Shown piece by piece: positions 11,501 to 23,500 of a DNA stretch of 64,000 nt. Position numbers and translations under genes: made by a program. The DNA is from Strigamia acuminata. Its lineage: Eukaryota. The notes under the pieces are model-generated. The model was not told where the DNA came from, made no database searches, and saw only the letters and a program-made list of their open reading frames with translations. The DNA is taken from positions 9,300,001-9,364,000 of the forward strand of contig OX442314.1 of the NCBI GenBank assembly GCA_949358305.1, given 5' to 3'. Each line of letters starts with the position of its first letter. Position 1 is the first letter of the stretch.

Positions 11501-14500
11501 GAGAAAACGGCCGTCGGCAAAACACCGATTGAAAAAACGCCGAAGAGCGTAGAGCCTAACCCACCGATAAACGATAACGAATCCGACAAAAGTCAAGACG
11601 GGTTTAGCCTATTTGACCAAGACGACGGAGCTCAACACAATCGAGTAACCATTCAACACGGATATAATTCGACGCGATCTCAAATCAATCAATGTATGGA
11701 AGCTTATACAATCGCTCGGTTAGAAGGAATACCATTCGATGAAAATGGAGATCCCCTGGCCCAGATGGAAATGATACTTCGTCTAACCAGGGAACGAGCA
11801 GAAAAACGAGCTGCCAGACGGGGAAGAAGGAGCGTCAAACGCCAAAAGACCGGTGGCCAAACAACCGACTCGTGCGATTCGGCCCAAACCGGGTCCGACG
11901 CGGACAACGAAAGCGAAGCCGATTCGATGACCTCGAAAGGAATTCACGTCCAGGGATGGGCCAGTATCGTAGACGAGCCAGTCGAAATACAGAACGAATT
12001 TTTGGAGGCTTTTCAGCAAGACAATCGGAACAATCGAGGAAGACAGTCATGGGCATTCGCGCAATCTTTCGCCGCTAAAGCTGGCCACACCAGCCAAACG
12101 CCGAACGACCCGAATTCCGAAATGATACGATTAATTAATCAGCGTAATCAAATCCGGAATCAGCAAGGACAAGATAGGTTGGCAATGCCAAGCCTCGATG
12201 ACATACGAACAGTTAAAGCTAATGTTGACGCAGCTAACGAAGCAGCAAAAGCCAAGATCAGGACCGCTAACGACGCCGATAAGGAAGCCGCGAAAGTCAA
12301 TTCGCAACTATACGGAGGGAGAAAATCAACCATATTAATAAAACAAAATAACGGGATCCTGAGCGGAACAGCTGTGAATGGGACCTTTCCCCCCGGAACA
12401 CAGCTGACTGCGACTTCGCCGGCTTTAACTAATCAGAATTCCCCTCAACACCAGAATTCTTCGCAAAACCACCAATTCCTTCCTCAAAACGGAAATATTT
12501 CACTGAGTTATGGGAGTCAGAGCCAATCCGACCCCATATTGGAAGAGCGATTACGAATGATAGAAGAACGCATACGTGCCGATTCACGGACCGGCCGAAA
12601 CCAAGACTTGGATGAACGAGACGAACAGAATGAAAACCTACTCCGAAAATATTCAGCCGACCGCTGGGCGTTAGATAACAAAGACCGAAACATCAAGTGG
12701 CCCCAGCTGCGCCTGATGAAATTCGACGGTACGTGGAGGGCAGGAAATAAATTTCTAAATGAGGTGGCACTCACCATCTCGAGACTCGGAGCCGAACCAG
12801 ACGAAATGGTAGTTAAGGGGCTGCCAGAAATGCTGGTAGGAGAGGCGAGAGAATGGTATGTGGAGGCGAACTTGAAGCATTGGGAGCAATTTGTGGTCGC
12901 CTTCAATACGCAATATGGCGAGACACAAAAAGAGATTAGACAACGAGTCAGTCTCATGCAGCAGGCGACCGGAGAAGAGCTACGAGCCTATTTTCTGCGA
13001 GCTAAAAGTCTGTTCAATGAACTGTATACTCCGCTGGACGCTTACGCTCAACGACTAATTTTTGATAAAGGATTGAACGAGGCATCCAAAAAGGTGCTTC
13101 GCGACATGAACGCTCCAACAACCGACAGCTTCGAACAACTGTTGAAATTTGTCGACAAACGTCACGAAGAAGTAAATGACCGGTACACAGACGCTCTAAC
13201 ACCGGAAGAAAGAAAATTAGTCCAACTTCGCATACAGCGAATCCACGCCAGAAATAACGACGCAGGGCGATTAATCCGGTCGCGAACGTTCCTAAACGGA
13301 GACATAGAGGCGGCCCCACCAAAGAAACCCAGCGACAAGTCGACTTCTAACCCGATACCGGCTCCAAAAGCTTACAGAGCCAGTACGAACTCCGACGTAA
13401 CTAACCTCGAAGAAGGGAGAGAAAGTGAAGACAATAACTCCGAGCAAAACTCAGGAGGGGATACCAGCGATAGCCAACAAGAAGAAGAGATTCTCCACCA
13501 GTGTTGGGCACGGTACAGTACCGGTACCGGCGGTACAGTACCGCCGGTACCGGTACTGTACCGGAGGGCTGTACCGCGGTACTTTTTTAAGATGCAGCGG
13601 GTACCGGTACCGGTACCGCGGTACTTTCTGTGAAAAGAGCAAGTACCGGGTACCGGTACCGCGGTACATTTGGCGCCATGCAGTACCGGTACCGTGAATT
13701 GGCGGTACTCTCGCGGTACTCGGGAAAACGCGAGAAAACACGAGATCCTCGTGTTTTCTCCCGTTTTCCACGATAATAAAGTTAAAAAGTGTATGTTTAT
13801 TGTTTTGTTTACATTGTTTTGCATTTCTCATTAAAAAAAACCTATCTATACATATATATCTTCCGCTTCTTTTTATTAATAAACAATAATCGTCTCCATG
13901 GCTACAATTGGAGCGAGACTTAAGCCAAGCCGCTCGTATTCTTTAAGAAACTAAATCGAATCGACGACATGAGACGGAAATTCCACTTTTAAAGTTGTCG
14001 TCGATTGTGTATCGAGTATCGTTTATTTAATTCGAAATGTGTTTAAAGCTACTAAGGCCAGGCCAGGCCAGTGTGTTCGGCCACGGACAGCACGTTTTTG
14101 AGTCGTTCTCGCTCCTCCGACGAAACCGTTATGTAAAAAAACCAATATTAATATTCGACGATTAATTCATTTTAAATTTATTACCTTGTACTGTACACAT
14201 TTCGGATAAAAGCGGTTTAGAACATCCAATAATCGCTGAAAAATTGCAGATATACAGGGTGGAACAAAAGTCTGTTCCCCTCAAATATTTCCTCAGCAAT
14301 TGCACCTAGGCCAACTTTGATGAAGCGATTGTATAGGAAGTTGGGTGAGAGCAATCCAATGATGTCATCAAATTTGACCTTGAAGGCCATTTTCAAGGTT
14401 ATTCACTTGCTAACTTCTAAACCAATCAGGTTAGAGCAAAAAGTCAATTACAAAGTTGTAGAGCACCATCAAATTAGTACTATCCAACTTATCTTAGTCA

Positions 14501-17500
14501 TCTTAGTTAAATGTTTTCTTTTTAAAAAGGAGACAAATCAGAAAAAAATCAGCAAAGTGAAATTTTTTACCCTTGGAGGCATAAGGATAAAATGTGCTGT
14601 TCTGGTTGAAGCCATTACGGATTTATGGACAATTTTTAAGTTGATTGGTTAAAGCGCCATGTAGTTTGTTTTTAGTTCGGAACTAATTTTATTGAGGACG
14701 TAATGCCTAAACAATAAAAATAAATAGATTTGAGCCATCTGGAGGTGGTTTTAATCACTACTGGTAAATGCAAAAAGCTGTTCACTGAAGCGCTGTTTAC
14801 AAATACAGCAAAGCAAGCTTAAAAGTTATGCTGGAGTTTTAAGGGGCAGAAAATTTCCAAGTTGAATATTTAATTAAATAAATGATGAATCATTACAAAT
14901 TTCACCTGAGATTTACTTTATTATCAGCAGTGTTGGGCACGGTACTCCCAACACGTACCGCGTTACAAGTACGCGGTACAGGCCGCTTCAACAAAAGTAC
15001 CGCGGACGCGGTACAGGCCGCTTCAACAAAAAGTACCGCGGTCCCGGTACAGTACCGGTACCGGGATTTTGCGGTACATCTCGCGGTACACGGGAAAACG
15101 CGAGAAAACACGAGATTTTTGTGTTTTTTCCCGTTTTCCAGTTTAAAGTTAAAATTTTGATTTTTACATTGTTTACACTCATTCAAATTGAGTGGAAACA
15201 ATAATTATTACTAATGATAATGATGTAAAACGAATTACTAATTTAGTAATTCGCCAAGTACGCAAAAAAAAAGTGTGCAGGCGCCGAAGCCAGGCCATAA
15301 CGCGTGGCACACGTTGCTAACGATTGCCGTCGAATTTTAGCAGAACGATACACAGTCGTCTGCGCACTCTTTTTTCGCGTACTTGGCGAATTACTAAATT
15401 AGTAATTCGTTTTACATCATTATCATTAGTAATAATTATTGTTTCCACTCAATTTGAATGAGTGTAAACAATGTAAAAATCAAAATTTTAACTTTAAACT
15501 GGAAAACGGGAAAAAACACAAAAATCTCGTGTTTTCTCGCGTTTTCCCGTGTACCGCGAGAGTACTGCAAATTCACGGTACCGGTACTGCTTGGCGCAAA
15601 AAGTACCGCGGTACAAGTACCCGGTACTTGCTGTTTCCACAGAAAGTACCGCGGTACAATTACGCGTTACTTCCGTGGGCTACAAAAGTACTGCGGTACA
15701 GGGCTGCGGTACAGTACCGGTACCGGCGGTACTGTACCGGCGGTACCGGTACTGTATTGTGCCCAACACTGATTATCAGATAAACAAAGTCACAAATTTT
15801 CAGCAAAAAAAATTCATAGGAAAAAAAATTTTCCTGTTCAAGAAAAAGCTTGTCCATAAATCCGTGTAGCCAAGGATTAATCTTGTGATAAAATAATTAT
15901 TGAGGCATTAAAAAAAGGCAGTGGTTTTTCTTGTTTATTTGCATAATGATGCACATTTGAATACGTTTATTTAAGTAATTCAGTATTTTTTGTGATAGAA
16001 ATTTAAGTTTTGTCACAATGGCTGGCTTTATTTCAGCTGATTTGTCTCCTTTTTAAAAGGAAAACATTTAACTTAAGATTACTAAGATAAGTTGGATAGT
16101 ACTAATTTGATGGTGCTCTACAACTTTGTAATTGACTTTTTTGCTCTAACCTGATTGGTTTAGAAGTTAGCAAGTGAATATCCTTGAAAATGGCCGTCAA
16201 GGTCAAATTTGATGACATCATTGGATTGCTCTCACCCAATTTCCTATACGATCGCTTCATCAAAGTTGGCCTAGATGCAATTCCTGAGGAAATATTTGAG
16301 GGGAACAGACTTTTGTTCCACCCTGTATATATAACACACCAACATTTCAAACGATATTGAAGAATTAGAAAAGTATTAAAATTAAAACTTAAGAAAAAAG
16401 AATCGAAGGAGTCCCGGTGTAGTATTGATAGGCCTAAGTCTCGCTCCAATTGTAGCCATGGAGACGATTATTATTGTTTAATAATAAAAAGAAGAGGAAG
16501 ATATATATGTGTATGTATAGAAGGTTTTTTTTAATGAGAAATTTGTTTTCCACAACATATAAGACTATAAAGTTTAAAATGTAAACAAAACAATGATACA
16601 ATTTTTAACTTTATTATCGTGGAAAACGGAGAAAACACGAAAATCTCGTGTTTTCTCGCGTTTTCTCGAGTACCGCGAGATGTACCGCAAAATCCCGGTA
16701 CCGGTACTGTACCGGGACCGCGGTACTTTTTTCAGGACGCAGCGGGTACCGGTACCGGGCAATTAACGAAGTAATTACGGAAGAAGTAGTCAAATTAAAA
16801 CTCGAATTAAAAAATAAAAAATCGAAAGAAATTGAAACAAATAATAAAGAGATTAGCGACTCAAGTTCGGAAGACGAATTAAAAGCCAAATGGATAAACA
16901 CCAATTGGTTAGAAAAACAAATTAAAGAATTACAGAAAAAGGTCGTTTATTTTACTACGGCTTACTTCACCACAGAAAAACGCGAATATAGTGGCCCAAC
17001 CACTAATACGGCAGACGGCGAGAAAATAGCCGAAATATTCCAAGAATTACCTCACGCCTACGAGGAGGCCCCACCTCGAAAGAAACGCATTTTACATTGT
17101 AATTTAGCTAAAGAGAGGAAAGATTCACTCGCGATGTTAACAATCAAGTTCAATGACAAAAAATTCATCGGTTTATTGGATTCGGGAGCCGACCGGTCCT
17201 TTATCTCTTCAGATCTATACGAGTCGTTGGACAAAAAACAACGCGACAAACTACGGGGAATAAGCGAAAATGTGGCCGTAAAAACCGCTGCTGGAGAAGT
17301 GCGTCCAGTAGGGGTACTGACAACAAAAGTCATATGGGAGGGCGGCGTAATAACCCATCCTTTCATCGTTTTACCAACCTACGACACGGTCCTACTCTTG
17401 GGTATGGACATCATGGCCATAATGGAGATCCAGCCAAACCCCATAACGAGGTCCTGGAACTATATCGATAAACGCGAGGACCCCCGACTAATGACAGTAC

Positions 17501-20500
17501 CTACCGAACTCCTAGATTCAAACGACGAAGAGGACGAATGGAAAGGCGGAAATTTGAAGCAATTCGTGCAAGATTACGATTTCAAATCTTTTAACGCCCG
17601 ACTCCAAGAAGACAATTTGGCTCACGATCTGGCCATGGACGCGAACCTAGGAGAAACCCAGACTAAATTACTTGAAGAAATGCTACAAAAACATCGAAAA
17701 ATCCTGACTAAAGAACCGGGAAAGACGAATTACGTAAAACACGAAATAGAATTAAGTACGGATAAGCCAGTACGAGTTCCATTCAAGGGCATGAACCCCC
17801 AAAAACGCGAAATCGTCAAGACGATCTGTCAAGACTTGCTGGACAAGGGGATAGTGTCCGAGGCATTAGGAGAATATGCGATGAGAATCGTGCTCGTCAT
17901 GCGTGCAGGATCGGAACCCAGACTGTGTATCGATTATCGACCTCTAAACGCCATTACCGTTATCGACCCCGTCCAGATGCCATCAATCGAAGCTATTCTT
18001 CGAGAATTAGCCCCATTTAAATGGGTAACAACGATGGATCTGTCGAAGGGATATTGGCAGGTCGAACTCCGAGACGAAGACAAAGGAAAAACCGCTTTCT
18101 GGTCCCCGATGGGCCGATTGATGTTTAATGTCATGCCATTTGGGCTAGTGAATGCCCCGGCAACATTTCAACGATTAATCGAGAAAGTCTTGGGCGACGC
18201 GCTACATAAATACGCCTGGGCTTACCTGGACGATATTATTATTGTTTCCCAGACTTTTGACGAGCACATCGGACATATCAACGAAGTAATACGTCGTTTA
18301 GCAGAAGCCGGACTCCACGTACACCCCGGAAAGAGCCAGTTTTGCCGAAAAGAACTTGCGTTTCTTGGATACAAAGTTGGAGTCAATGGCTTATCCATAG
18401 ACCCAAAGAAAGTACGAGCAATCACCGATTTTCCAGCACCTACGGACGTGAAGGGGGTACAACGTTTTTTAGGAATGGTAAATTTCTTCGGCCGACTCCT
18501 GCCACATTTAGCGGAAGTCGCGGCCCCAATCACCGATCTTTTAAAGACTGTCCAGAAAATAAATCCAAAGGAGGACCCGCCGAAAGACCCCGAAATCAAA
18601 TTTAAATGGACCAACCATTGCGAAGCAGCGTTTGACAAAATCAAACAAATGCTAATCGACACCAAAACCATCCCTCTTCCCGACTTGAATCGCGAATTTA
18701 TCTTACATACGGATGCAAGTAAAATCAGATTGGGGGCTGCGTTAATGCAGATGCACGAAATCGACGGTACCCAACAAGAAGTACCCACAATCTTCATCAG
18801 CCGGAAGATTCAAGCCGCCGAGAAAAATTACTCAGCAACCGAGCTCGAATGCTTGGCAATCGTATGGGCAGTCCGTAAATTCAGGCCTTACCTCGAATTC
18901 ACAAAATTTACCGTCCAGACTGACCATCAAGCACTGAGGTGGTTCATGGGCCTTAAAGAACCGTCGGGTCGGATGGCTCGATGGCAATTAGAGCTCATGG
19001 CTTACGACTTACAAATCGAGTATAAACCAGGGAAGTACAACACAGTCGCCGACGCGCTCTCTAGAGCTCCCGCCTCAGAACCCGACGAGCCAGACGACGA
19101 CGGTGACGACGATTCTCGGATAGCTTACTGTCCCACCCCGATCAGGAAGTGGGAATTCAGAAAACAGAATGAACTGCCGAAAGAAAAGTTGGAATCTTCC
19201 GATGAAAAATACGTCGGATATTGGATGAGGGCGTATCAATCGGCAAAAGATGCCAGACCAAATTACGACTTGTCCATCGAACCCAGAATCTCAGATAAAT
19301 TTGTGCGAGCTTTCGTTGCACACGTGAGTAAAGGCACGAACTGTGTCCCACCTACTCGCGAAGAGCTCATTGAAGCTCAGAAGAACGACACCGCCTTCTG
19401 TAAAAGATTCTACGACTACTTGACCAACAAAACTTTCCCTAGCGACGTCTACAGCGAAGAACACAGAGAAGAATTCAAAATTAAGGCATCCGCTTATCTA
19501 ATAGACGATGGCCTACTTTTAAAATACCATCCGAACTTTCGGGACGACTTGACAGAGTCAGGGAGTTCAATTAAAGTCGTAATTCCGAGAAAAGTTCGAA
19601 CACAAATTCTGTGGATGGTACACGGCCACCCCCTAGCCGGACACGCCGGCGTGGCGAGAACTCTCTATCGAGCCAGTCAACTGTACTATTGGCCCGAAAT
19701 GAGAAGAGACATCGTACGATTTATTCGACACTGTCCACGATGTCAAGCCTGCAAGCCTCGAAATAAGGCTAACTACGAGAACTTATCACTTGGACCGTTC
19801 GCCCCCTTTGATTGTTGGAGCGTGGACCTTATGGGCCCTAAAATAACGAGTGCAAATAGCCACAAATACATACTCGTGATCATGGATGTCGCAACAGGAT
19901 GGCCAGAATTGTATCCGATGGCCCACCCGACTAAGCAGAAAATAATCCAGTGCCTTTACGAAGTCGCGTTACATTTTGGCTTCCCGCGGAAATTAATTTC
20001 CGATAATGGCCCACAATTCGCATCAAGGTTATACAAGGACTTCTGCAATCAATTCGACATTCAACCATCATTTACTTCAACGTATAACCCACGGGCTAAT
20101 CCCGTGGAGCGTCTCAACCGCGACATAAAATATGCGCTCGCTATTTTCACAGGCGTACATTCCAAGTGGGACGAGTTCCTTAAAGAAATAGCATTTAGCA
20201 TCCGAACGACCATTTCGAGAAACCGCGGCTTTTCCCCGGCTTATCTCAACTTCGCTCGAGAGCTACGAGTGCCCTGGGATCCACGCATCCCAGAAGGAAT
20301 TCGAAAAGTCGATCCAAAAAATCCTCACATCTACGTACATCAACTAGAACAAGCAATTTCGGCAACCTACCAACATATGATGTCACATGTGTTTGACATG
20401 CGCGAACGAGTGAAAAAGTCTGAAAAGAACACACAATTTTGTAATTTCAAAATCAACGATCTCGTATGGAAGGACACTCACATTTTATCCAGTGCAGATA

Positions 20501-23500
20501 AAGGGATTCATGCCGGCTTAGCCGACAAACGAGACGGCCCATACGTAATTACCAAAGCCCACGGCGGGAACGCATTTTCTCTGCAACGTTTGGCCGATAA
20601 TGTAAATTTTCGATCAATCCACGCTCGAGAACTGACGCCTTACTTGCCGGAATTTCCACAAGAAGAATGGGCCGAGGACCAAACGCAGCCATCTCCATCA
20701 CCCACAATACGAGATATGTTCGACGACGTCGCCACCGTTTCAGACTTGAACGAAAATACGACTCACGTAACTCCAGACAGCGCCGAACTAACTAGCGCCC
20801 CAGATGGAAATTTAGGAGGGGAGGAAGCAGCAGTTAACGAAGAAACTCCTAAAACTCCTGAAAAAGAAATAGAGATTACTAAAAGATCCACACGATCGAG
20901 AAGTAAAATACCGAAACCTATAACACGACAAAGTACAAGAAAAAAGGTACCAAACCCGTTTATAAAGGACGGTAAAATCACCGGGAGGACATGATAAAGC
21001 AAGAAAAATCCAAAATGGTTGGCATAACCAATCAAAAGCGACAAAACAATATGACGTAATTACCCCGACCTCCTAGGGACAAAAACAATCACAAGGAGAC
21101 TCCAACAATCAACTACGTATTACATACGAAAGCCAATCAAGATACTTAACCTCGACTACCCTTTCAACTTTGCACTCCGCGTTCTGTCACGACGACAACA
21201 GGTGTTTGACAAAAATCGCAACCAACAAATTAAATCAAGAAATGCGAAGAAACTGGAAGCAATCACCCGACAACGAGGAGGAAGAAATGGATCGGGACCC
21301 GAGCGAAGACGAATGGAACGATCCCGCAAGATGGGACGAGGTTGAACCAGAAGAGAATCGGGAAAAGCCCGATAGTAACGAAAAGGTAAAATTAACAAAG
21401 AATTTAATTCGTGGCTAAACCACGAAAAACACGTGAAACAATATTCGTAAAAAGAAAACATCTTTATTTCAACAATACGAAAAAAATTACGAAAACCTTT
21501 ATTAAAAAATTCAACACGTGTAAAAAGCACATGGTCGACCATGGCGCCATCTTGAATCCAAATTCGGAATGTGACAAAATCTAATTTTTATTATTCATTC
21601 CTCAGCCGGAACACCAACTTACGTGGGGACCCATCGATCCACAAAACGTATCTTCGGGTACACTCTGGAGGAGCGAGATCCCGACTCCATATCGAAGAGC
21701 GTTAGAAGACGACATCGACGCCGGCCCATGGCACATTCGGCTCACCGCATCCAGAGCCCGATCGCGATTTTGGGCAAGTCAGGAGACCCTGATACACTAC
21801 TTCCCAGAAAAGATGCGCGACGCACTGAGGACTGAAATTCCAGAACGCGACGACGCACCAGCACCGCTCCCAAACAAGTTTTTGAAAAAGGACTATCCAA
21901 GCGAGCCCGAAGAGTGGGCCGTCCTCGAGAAGTGGCAAAACGCCGCTACAGACGAAGAACGCCGACAAATACACAGAGACTATTACAACGAAGTCAGACG
22001 GACGGCGTATCGAGATCTCTTCAAAATACTGAAACCAGCAGGGTATTCGACAGATGAGATAAAAACTTGGTTAAGCCAGGTTCGAGGAGAAAGACCAGAC
22101 GTTCCCAATTGGCGACCCGAACACGGATTTATCACCTCACAGAAAGCGATGCACCAGCTCCACTACCTGGGCATCTTTGGGCGCAAGCGACAGAAAGCGG
22201 AGAAGCGACTCTCGAACGAATTATTAAATCGCACACACGACAACAAGCGACGACGCCTGGATCAGCCAAGCACGTCGTACAACACGCAAGATCGATTGCA
22301 GTCTCATCCTCGAGTTTATTACCGACCCGCTCGAGAACCCTCACCGCGACGAGAGCCCAGAGTCGAGAAACCACGAGAAGTCGAGACATACCGCTACTCC
22401 AAAAATCGACCGAACCAACGCGGATGCCTCAGGTTATCGAGGCCACGAGCAGAAACATGGAGACGCTTTGAGAAATCACGTGAAGTCGATGAGGTAGAAA
22501 CTTTGCAAGTGGAAGTTCGTCAAGAAGTGCCGATGACAATCGAATACGAACAATCGGTAGAGCCGACGATCGTACCTGAACAAGAGAAAAAATACACCGA
22601 AGCCGACATGGTAGCAGCCGTCCTGAAAGTCAAGAACGAACAGTCGAAACCTGTCTACCGACCGACCAAATCGATCGAAATGAGTCTGACGTCAGTACCA
22701 AGCGTATTCATCAAGGCGCCGACGAAACCAGTTAGCAGCGTACCTTCCAGCTTGCCCAGCGCCTTTCGAAAGACGGTAATTATCGGAACCCCGACATCGC
22801 TGAGTCCCTTTGAACAACTCAAACGACGACAAGATCGTTTTGGACCAATTTTCCCAGCCGTACCGGAAGAAACGCGAAGCGAGACTTCTACGTCAAGAAC
22901 GCCGATTGTTTGGGATGAGCCCGAACCCGACGTTCAACGAGTTTTAATTAACTCAAGACAAGCTGCCGTGGTTAGAGTCGACAAAATCAATCAGACGCCT
23001 TCAAGACCACCCCCCAATAACAGGTCTTCGGACACTCGAGCCACAACCCAGTTTGACCCAACATCGTATGAATTACAGTCGTTCCTCGATACAACCACGA
23101 TCGAGCAAGCAAAAGAGATGGTGTCCGACATCGATGACTACCAAGCCAGAACGATGCAGATCGCAGTAACGAATATCCGAGGTGCAGCCATCGAGTTCAC
23201 CAACAGCCCTGGACGGGATCACCCGTCACGAATGGCACGAACGACAGTCGTAATCACCGATATGATGTCGCTTGTGCTGGCCGCGTCTACGTTTAGAAAC
23301 GCCCGTGTGGCACTGGCGGCCTGGGCGGTCGTCGCGCATGAAAGTTTTCAGCTGCCTCCCGCTCTCGTCGAGCGATGGCTAAAATTGGTTCCTTCCTGTA
23401 TCCAGGTTCGCGCGCAATTAATTGCAGAAGATGCCGACCCAGAACGATCGTATCAAGTAGTCCGAGCTGTGGCTTTACCACAAAGCGAACCGGTTGTACT

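Larger units (their letters stand above)
13499..16757. mobile_element. hAT-like non-autonomous element with its right end missing, carrying two nested MITEs
   Basis: Starts CAGTGTTGGGCAC, the same TIR as the 14928 element, with GGTACC-rich subterminal repeats. Arms at about 13700-13925 and 16435-16680 are inverted copies. No right TIR or TSD found. Confidence 0.75.

Noticed and set aside
13372..16904. Many overlapping ORFs rich in VPVP/YRYR/GTGT
   Set aside because: They arise from palindromic GGTACC repeats in hAT MITEs. The first 37 or so residues of the 1448-aa ORF and the last 44 or so of the 765-aa ORF are also MITE-derived.
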